NCBI RefSeq assembly: GCF_009914755.1
Contig: NC_060936.1
From: the human T2T-CHM13v2.0 reference genome, Homo sapiens
Strand: one strand, 5' to 3'
DNA: 64,000 nt
This document shows, one piece after another, positions 54,991-64,000 of the stretch. Positions within the stretch are counted from its first letter, which is position 1. Every line of letters starts with the position of its first letter. A model generated the notes under the pieces. It worked only from the letters and a program-made list of their open reading frames with translations. It had not been told where the DNA came from and did no database searches. The translations under genes were made by a program, and so were the position numbers.

Positions 54991-57955
54991 GAGGACTCAT
55001 AGATATTCATCGCCATTCAAGAGAATTCAGGTAATATTTTTTCTCAAGATAATCAAAAAAACCTTTAATAGCCCCAAATAAAATCACAGTTCATTAGTAA
55101 CTTAAGTTTGCTTTACATGAAGGAAAGCCTCTTTATTTTTGTTGCTTTGTTTTCTAAAATATGAAATTCTTTTAAGATGAATTTGTATAAACTGATAAAG
55201 CAACAATTCAGTCTATGCATCTTAAATGCATTTGCAAAGCCATGGATTTATTTAAACTTCAGAAGTTATCAGGTATAATTCAAAAGGAAGTTAAAAGGTG
55301 AGGGTATGGAATCAGCTCTGTCTGGGGTAAACATTCAGTTTGGCTGTGGGTGAGCCACTTGTCACCTCTCTTTCTCCTCCTCTAAGAAACTGAAGGAAAA
55401 CCACTCTCACAGGGTTCATATGGGAATAAGATGGGGTAACATGTGAATGTGCTTTGACAATTGCAAAACATGAAAAATAATAAATAAATAATATTGTTAT
55501 TATTTAAATAATAAGTGATTTTTATCCAGCTGAATAAATCAAAACAGCTATCCTTTTATGCATAAAATGGTTGAGATCCCACGTCAGAATTTTAGTTGAT
55601 TCAGTATGTGTTCAGATAATGAACTTAGCTTTTCTACATATAGAAATGTGGTATTTATATTGTTCTCTGAGTGGAATATTTTAATATATTTTTAATGTTT
55701 ACATACATTTATGAAAAGTCTTCAAATGATTATTTTCCCACTAGATTGTTTATTTTCTGTAAGACCTAACACTTACAGTAAATCTATGGAGAGAGTATAC
55801 TCTAAGCGCTATATTCTGCTCTAAATCATTTGTTTAATTCAGTGACTCTATCACATTTCCATATAGTGTCTTCGGTGTTGCCCAATTTTACTCTTTCTCT
55901 CATAGGAAGATGAGTGAATATAGAACCTTATAGGAAAGCTAAGTGAATTTAAAGAAATCCCATTATCATGATTAAAATTTCCAACTTAGGAAGCCACAAA
56001 GCCTTCCCAGATCTGAAGTATATCTTCATATAAAGAAAAAGAACTATTTTTAGGAAATACAGTCTTTCTTCTGCTTTATAACTTGGAAAACTGTACTATG
56101 TATTGAAAAGCAAGCGGCAATCTTTTCTGAAGTCCAACAAATGCTCAGCTGAAAAGCTGTGAGACCATTTCAGATCCCCAAGGCATCATTGCGTCCACAG
56201 GCATGAAATGGGGCAGGACTGACTGTGTGTGTGTGATGTTTCTGTATGTTCTCTATGGGCATCGCAGCCTGTGAGCTCATTCACATACCCCTAACTACTT
56301 AGCTCTGATCTAAGCAGCTGTGCCGGGAGGACTGACCATAATAGGTTACTCAACAGAAGAAAACAGTGTTTACAAAGAGACAAAGCATTGGCCATCAAAT
56401 TTTCAGTTGTTACTGGTTTGTCCACTCCCTGGACAGGCACCTCATTTGCAGTAACCTGCAGTGTTCACTCTAAGAGTCACTTCATTGACAGTCACTTCCT
56501 GCTTCACAGGAATCACAATATCCACCTAGGCCAGGTCTAACGGCCCACATTTCACTAATCATGTTCATGGATTAGATAAATATTGTGTGTGTGGTCCCTC
56601 CATGCCAAGCACTGTGCTAGGCCCAAAAGATCCAACTATGAATAACAGAAATATTCCTTGTTCTCAGGAGGGTTATACTCAGGGCACTACTTGTCCCAAG
56701 CCAGAAGATAAAACCTCATTTCAGCCTGAACTGCCAGAAAGTTAGACTTTTCAGACCAATATTAGAGAGTGCCTCCCACTACTGATGGGCCCTGGCCTTC
56801 CTACCCTTAGGAAATTCAGCATCACACCAGTCTCTGAGAACACTGCAGTTGATGCCAGTTTGATTTTCATAATATCTTGATGAGTTGATTTGTGTAGAGT
56901 ATTTATAACCCTTGAATGTTTATAATTCAGGTCAAAAAGACTCTGAATTAAAGTATCATAAATGAATTACAACTTTACATCCATCTGCAATTTGAAAACA
57001 ATTTCCCGGAGTGCAAATTTACCCCAGCTAGAGGAAAAAGTTGAGCTTCTATTTTTGTCAGTTGTGCAAAAACAACAAGAAGAAACAACAAAGGATTGTT
57101 GTTATACAATACTAGTATAAGGAAAGTCTAGCCACAAAGCACAAAGTCCTAACATATCTGTCAACATTCCTAAACTATAAAAACTTAAATGCCATGCAGT
57201 CCAGATCAATCCTATATGAGAAAGATGGGGATAAGTAATTGGCCACTTTACTAATTTAAACTAGCTTGGCTCATATTTTCTCACTTTCCTTCTACAACTG
57301 ATCCCTCCTTGTGGAAAGTGACTTCCAAAGAGAAATCTCCTAATTGGTTTTTCATGTCCTTTTGTCCAGAGGCATAGACCAAAATCTGTTGGATGGTTAC
57401 TGGGGTGTGAAGTCCTAATTTTACTTCCCTATGTTCTGGGTTGATAAAAAGCCCTGAAGGAGGCAAAGGTCTTTGTCCAAAGAACACAGCTCTTTCAAAA
57501 AGCTTTGCCAGTCACCCACCCAGATTGCAATCTCACATCTTTTGGCTCCCTTCATCTCCACCACCACCAACTTTTGCTTTTGCCTGGATGACTGAGAACA
57601 TTCCTTCTTCTCCCTCATCATTTATTCTCTATGAAACAGCCACAGTGACCTTTGACAACCTAAATCAAAGTGGTTTCCCAGTGTTCCTAGAATAAAGTGC
57701 GCTGCACGTCCTGTCTTCTGCTCACTTTCTCAGCCTCTTCTGATGCCACTCTTCCCTCCTTAGTACGCCTTAGCCCTTTGCTCTTCTTTCTCTCCCTCAA
57801 CATACCAGGAAGCTTCCCAGCTCAGGGCCTTTGCACCCAGAGCGCTCATCCCATGCTCTTTCCCCAGCTGGTGCCTTCTCCTCCTTAGGTCTCAGCTCAC
57901 ATGTCACTTCCACAGAGGAGACTTTCCTTGACCCCTTGTCCAGATGAGTATGTAG

Positions 57956-58383
<428 letters not shown>

Positions 58384-58674
58384 TGTCCTTGCTTTTCAAC
58401 TTGTTTTTGCCTATCTTCTTTAACATTTTTGTAGAATGTAAATGTTATTCATACCTCCCTTGTTTACAGCTGGGTCTCCAGCTGACATGAGTGCCACACA
58501 CACAGTGGGATGTTTGTTAAATGAATACTTGCACTTGTAAGGGTCTGGCCTATTGGTGAGGAATGCCCCAAATCATAAACTCTGTCCAGGTCCATGCGTT
58601 CTAAGTTCCAACTCAACTTAAACTGTGGGAGCCTTGAATATACTTTTCAATTTAGTTTCTTTTTTCTGTTTCAG

Positions 58675-58775
58675 TCCTCTCTAATAAATAGTGACATTAT
58701 CTTTGTGAAGTTGCATGCCCCATGGGAAGTCCTTGGAAGATATGCAGAACAAATGAATGTAAGAATGCCTTTCAG
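58675..58775 (+). CDS. ANO4: ANO4 coding exon, 101 nt, phase 0-2 (SSLINSDIIFVKLHAPWEVLGRYAEQMNVRMPF-R)
   Basis: Acceptor tttcttttttctgtttcag|TCC; donor TTC AG|GTAGGT at 58776; FVKLHAPW anoctamin motif. Confidence 0.96.
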
Positions 58776-60924
58776 GTAGGTGGAAATGTATTTTATTCCA
58801 CTCTCTCTGCTGCTTCACTGTAAATCTAATGTTCTCCTCTCTCAGAACAAATAAAACTGAAATGCAGATTGGAAGGCCATTAGAGGAGGGAATCTTTCAA
58901 ATGTTTAGGATATGCAAATAAGCCTTCATGGCCAATAATGATTTCATGGCTTTTTGTGAAAAATTCTGGCTAATTTAGTTCTTAGCAGGTAGATATTTCC
59001 AGTGCCTGTAATAAAGAAGCATTTTCCAAGTGGCATTTTTATTTCCAAAGTGCCATTTTTAGAAGTCCTGTGTACTGCTGCTTTGAACAGCCAGACCACA
59101 GGCAGCAGTTGCACAGGGGCATGTTTTCATGTTCTTTACTGACTAGTCTCTTCCAGAAAAACATTAAAATGTATTTCTGTAGATACAAGTGCAAGAAATT
59201 TCATGACAGTGTGATCTTCTTTTTAAAAAAAAAAACAAAAAAAACCACTTTTTTTAATTTTAAAAAGTCATAAATACTTTGCAAACACGAATATTGATAT
59301 TTGTTCCAAGGGGAATAGAAAATACTTTGTATTCCTTAGTTATTTAAAAGGATTAATTTACCTTCATTTCACAATGAATATTTTTATTTTCCCTATGGAT
59401 TATGGAAAAGTGATCTGCATTTGCTATACAGAAATAAAATATTAAACCTCAAATTAGAAATGCCAAGATATGTGGGTCTTTTGTAATGGAATCTGCTAAA
59501 AAGATGGATGGATGTAGTCCCAAGGACAGTTCTGAGGGGACTCGAAGAATAACGTACTTTTGGTTTGCAATTTGCCAGTAAGACCACATTAGGTGACAGA
59601 AATGAGGCAAATTGGTACCAACTCTACAGTCTGTCTCTTAATGAGCTGTGGAAAGTTGTGGAGACAAAGAACATTTATAGAGACAGAGAGAAGGGTTAGG
59701 GACTCATTTAGAGAAAGGCAATTTCCATTCACAGGCTTGTAATGTATCTCCCTGGTGCATCTTATCTTCTTTGTTCATTGGCCTGTATGTCCTAATACCA
59801 AGTCAAAATAGAGGCTATGATTTCTAGCATCTGTTTTCCTGGAGGCAAAATTCTCAAAATGGATAATAAATATAGTTCTGATCTTATGATTTATTTTTGT
59901 ATTTAACTGTTAAAAAGAAAATCTGAGAACTCAAGGATTAAAAAAAGGAATACATATATATATCCACTAGGGAGAGATAAGGAATGTCAATTTAGATTCC
60001 ACTGAAAATTTTTATACTATAATAGTTAAAGCCAAATATGTATCAATGATATAATAAGTGTCTAATGTGGATTAATACCATATTATACCTAAGAACCGAA
60101 AGAGAAAGAAAGAAAACCCTACAAAATATGTCTAGATAGAAATTTATACACCCCTCTCCAGTATAAATAAATCTCATAAAACCTTCTGCCAGAACACACT
60201 TCTGTAACAAAGAACCCAGGGAGATGATAGAAACTTGAGCAATGGTAATGCAAAGCCAATTCTCTTACTACCTGCAAAGGATTTTGTATCTGAAGGGCCT
60301 GGCCACATCATGAATAACACTTCTGCATGCCTACTACACAGCAGAAATGTGCTGCCTCCAAGCAGCATTAATACTGTTTTAATGCAGCATTGAGAGAATG
60401 TGAACCAAGCAATGAAATGAAAATGAACATGAACAATTATCTTCTTTTTAGATATAGGAATTCCTGCAGGACAATTTTAGAAGAAAATATTGTTAATGTG
60501 TGACACTAATTGACCTCATTAATATTGATGTAGGTTTACCTACTAAACATGGCTTCACTTGTTGTAACCTGATGGATTAAAAACTTTTGCTATTATTGTG
60601 TCCACAGTTTCAGACAAATAACTCTAGTCTAAGGAGATACATGCATTTCCAAAGGAGGAATTCTCCTACTACATCATTTCAACAAAATGTACAAACATCA
60701 TTTTAGCTGAATTTTAATACGCAAAGAATCTTACCTGTATTCATAATTTTCTGTAGATTCATAATTTTCTGTACTTCTGAATCCCAAGTTTAGTCTCCAT
60801 GGATTTTTATCCCTATAATGTTTAAAAGGAAATATAGGAATAGATTTCTTATGAGAAATTACAGTAAAACCTGCTTCTTAAATACTTATATGTCCATGGA
60901 TATTTTTTATAACTAATAGACCTT

Positions 60925-61295
60925 ACTTTTTAGAGAAATTTTTAGGTTTATAGAAAATTGAGAAGATACTAGTGTTCCAATATACCCCTTCTCCCCCAGC
61001 CTACAGTTTCTTTATTATTAACATTTTGCATTAGCGTGATATATTTGTTAAAGTTGGTGGACCAATATTGATAAATTCTTATTAACTAAAGTCCATAGTT
61101 TACTCTAGGGTTGACTCTGTGTGTGTGGTTCTGTGGGTTTTGACAAAGGCATATCATGTATCCACCATTGCAGGATCATGCAGAGTAGCTGCACTGCCCT
61201 AAAAGTCTCCTGTGTTTCATCACCTTCCTTCTCCCCCGACCTGTACCTCTGGCAACCACTGATCTTTTTATTGTCTCTATAGTTTTGCCTGTGTT
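60925..61295 (-). mobile_element. L1MC1/2-like 3'-end relic
   Basis: TATTAACTAAAGTCCATAGTTTAC..TAGGGTT, GGGTTTTGACAAA, TGTATCCACCATT, CTGGCAACCACTGATCTTTT. Confidence 0.75.
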
Positions 61296-62214
61296 TTAAA
61301 GCTTTCACAAATACGCAAAAAAATTGGTGGTATATAAACTTACCATTTACAGAAGTCAGAGAGTTCAGTAACAGTTCGGGATATACATAAAAAGCACCTG
61401 TTTCATTATTATTCCATTCAGTTTCGGTTGAAGCCTGAAATATGGAAAGTGAGGTTGCATTTTAATAAAGAATCTAATACATGTATTCTCCATTCAAACT
61501 ACACCAAGAATTTTCATTTTTAACATTTTTAAAAGATAGATATATAGCAATCTGACAGAATAAGACTGATTTTTGTATAGTTTCCAGAATTCCTTGATTT
61601 TACTTATTTAATTCACCTAAAGCCAGGGCCAGTGGTTAGCCAGTGTGCCCCGGTGTGGTTATGTACAGCTGGGTGTTGATGCTGACAAGTGAGTGTCCTT
61701 CCCATACTGGTTGTGAAATACATATATATATATTTATTTATATTTATATTACTCCTGTCTATACCATGAGAGACGTGTCTTGTGTAAACTTAAAATGCTA
61801 TATAAATATTAGTTAATATAATAGCGTGCCCACTAAATTATGTATGTTGCCCTCTGATCCATCTTTGCATTTTCCTGGGGAAAAAAGCTGACCTCAGCTG
61901 AAGCTGTGCAAATACCAATCACTCCAAATTATCATACTGCACATGCTTTGTAGGCAAGGAGCAACCATTAAAAAAAAATTATGGTAATGGGTAGAGGAAG
62001 AAATATCAATGGAAACTGTTTCATAAGATTTCATGACTCAAAAACGCATGCCCTGTGTTCCCACTGTATTTCTCACTGTTAATCTCTTTTTAGTTTTTTC
62101 TTCTTCACCTCTTACAGGCTTCTATCTTCAATCTCCTTTCCTTCCTTGCTAGTTCAAACTGTAACTGACGATGGGTTTTCTTCTCGACTGGCTTCATTTT
62201 TGCTGTTCTTCCAG

Positions 62215-62259
62215 GAGAAAAATCTATTACCTGCCCCGCCGTTACAAGTTCATGAGCAG
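62215..62259 (+). CDS. ANO4: ANO4 coding exon, 45 nt, phase 2-2 (R-RKIYYLPRRYKFMS-R)
   Basis: Acceptor tttttgctgttcttccag|G AGA AAA ATC; donor AGC AG|GTTAGT at 62260. Phase matches the previous exon. The ORF track does not show this frame. Confidence 0.9.
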
Positions 62260-62532
62260 GTTAGTAGCACGCTCTGTCCTGACAGTGTTTGTCTTTCTGT
62301 TGGCCCGTGTGCTCCAACAATGACAAGGAGCTATAAGCTGGGGAAGATGAGCCTGTGTCACATGGGAAAGTTGGCTGCCATGCACATTTTAAAATCAGCT
62401 GTGTCTGATTAGCCTGAGGAGAAAAAAAGATGAAAACGTCCCTCTCCGCGTCTTCCCAGTAACTTCTTCCCACTTGGGGGGATTGCCATTCATCTGCAAG
62501 TGTGCTGGGGCTATTGCTTTTTAGCCCATTCT

Positions 62533-62686
62533 TTTTTTTTTTTTTAATTTCAATAGTTTTTGGGAAACAGGTGGATTTTGGTTACGTGGATAAGTTATTT
62601 AGTGGTGATTTCTGAGATTTTGGTGCACCCATCACCTGAGCAATGTATACTGTACCCAATGTGCAGGCTTTCATCCCTCGCCCCCT
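62533..62686 (-). mobile_element. Very short L1PB-like 3' end with perfect TSD
   Basis: T tail and TGGTGATTTCTGAGATTTTGGTGCACCCATCACC; 16-bp TSD CTTTTTAGCCCATTCT at 62517-62532 and 62687-62702. Confidence 0.88.
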
Positions 62687-62747
62687 CTTTTTAGCCCATT
62701 CTATTAGATAAATTATCAAAAATCCCAATATCTTTGGCCTAGATGTT

Positions 62748-63090
62748 CTCCCTTCCCTTCCCTTTCTTTTTCTTTTTTCTTTTTCTTTCTTTCTTTCTTT
62801 TTTTTTTTTGAGACAGAGTCTTGCTCTGTCACCCAGGCTGGAGTGCAGTGGTACCATCTCCGCTAACCGCAACCTCCGCCTCCTGGGTTCAAGCGATTCT
62901 CCTGCCTCAACCTCTTGAGTAGCTGGGATCACAGGCATCTACCACCACGCCCAGCTAATTTCTGTATTTTTAGTAGAGAGAGGGTTTCACCGTGTTGGCC
63001 AGGCTAGTCTCGAACTCCTGACCTCAGGCGATCCGCCCACCTCGGCCTCCCAAAGTGCTGAGATTACAGGGTGAGCCACCACGCCTGGCC
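62748..63090 (-). mobile_element. AluS-type element with CT-rich tail
   Basis: Full Alu dimer GAGACAGAGTCTTGCTCTGTCACCCAGGCTGG...CCACCACGCCTGGCC. Confidence 0.95.
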
Positions 63091-63864
63091 AATGTTATTT
63101 TTTTCTACAAAAATTCCTCCCTCCACTATATGTAATTTGAAAGCTTGAAGTGCAGATAGTCATCCTTAGCTGCTGGCTACTTGACTTCATGAGTGGGGTC
63201 CTCCTATGTTAGTAATATTTTGTTAATAACATATGCAGATGTATAGCCTCACTCAGGTGCCCTTCCTACCCTCTTTTCTGCCAAAAAAAAAAAAAAAAAA
63301 AAAAAACCCCACCAGATGAAGATTGCATCTACTATACTTTGTATCCTCCGAAAGCTTGTTTTTCCTTGTTTTTTGAGGAGCTAGGGAGAAGGGGAATGCA
63401 TCAATGATGATGTCCTCTAATTTGATTCTGTTGTGATCATTGGAGAATCTAATTTCAAAATCTTAATTGATCTTATGTTTTCATTCACCCTGAGCTGAGC
63501 TGAGCTGATGGTTAAACTGGGAAACTAGTAAATTTCTCTGAAAATCCTAGTTAGTTCAACTCTATGAAATTTAGAATTCAGGTTCCCTCTGTTTATATGC
63601 TATGTTGAGTGATAAATAAAAGAGTAGTTGGTACATTATGGTGGGTTTACTCAAATGCATGTTTACTCAGTGAAGTACAGTGTGAGAACTGACCTCCAAA
63701 GAAGTGAAAATGTTGTTTCTCAAAAATTGCCTGCGAGCAAGCTTATTGGCAGTTCTTTCATTAAGCAGTTGACATGACATTTGGATTCACCATGATTTAG
63801 ATTGCTACCTTGTCACACTGTAATCATCTGTACAATCCTGATATAACAGTTTAGCCTATATTAA

Positions 63865-64000
63865 TAGTTCTCAAACTCCAGCCAGCATCAGAATCACCTT
63901 GTTAAGGCACAGATTTCTAGGCCTCAACCCCAGAGTGTCTTGTTCAGTAGATCTGCAGTGGGGATGGGGAATTTTCACTTCTAATGGATTCCCAGCTGCA
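63865..64000. mobile_element. MER5A-like hAT element, cut by the window edge
   Basis: GTTCTCAAACT...GCATCAGAATCACCT...ACCCCAGAGT..CT..TTCAGTAG.TCTG. Confidence 0.75.

Noticed and set aside
60739-60773. Tandem duplication of ATTCATAATTTTCTGTA (similar short duplications at ~8520-8548, ~17994-18052, ~36215-36248)
   Set aside because: Two-copy slippage duplications, not a repeat-spacer array; nothing CRISPR-like.
62146-62412. 88-aa ORF overlapping the 45-nt exon
   Set aside because: It is in a different frame from the spliced ANO4 reading frame and has no recognisable motif.
63283-63306. Orphan 24-nt poly(A), a possible processed-pseudogene tail
   Set aside because: No upstream AATAAA, ORF, element body or TSD could be found.
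63490-63508. (GAGCT)n pentamers resembling immunoglobulin switch repeats
   Set aside because: Fewer than four units; this is chance or slippage.

Overview
AT-rich, repeat-dense primate (human or great-ape-like) genomic DNA lying entirely inside one + strand gene, ANO4 (anoctamin-4/TMEM16D). Five coding exons of the cytoplasmic N-terminal region have canonical AG/GT ends and join in one frame: 9620-9724 (105 nt, cassette-type), 26713-26849, 29770-29928, 58675-58775 and 62215-62259. The start codon and transmembrane exons lie outside the window. The introns contain Alu, L1 (several with readable target-site duplications, one twin-primed), L2/MIR relics, MaLR LTRs, DNA-transposon relics (Tigger3b, MER44-like, MER20 x2, MER33, MER5A) and microsatellites. 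Almost all ORF-track entries are repeat-derived or random. I see no prokaryotic-type system, CRISPR array or RNA gene, and cannot support a new multi-gene system. The most unusual things seen directly are local copy-paste scars: a 113-bp near-perfect inverted copy of an LTR end plus flank inserted into an Alu linker, a patchwork insertion in an old L1 carrying 24 nt from 1.7 kb upstream plus a snap-back hairpin, and a ~48-bp direct repeat ~950 bp apart. Also notable is an AUG in strong Kozak context created only when the 105-nt exon is included. Repeat subfamily names come from recalled consensus sequences, not a search, and old-repeat boundaries are approximate.
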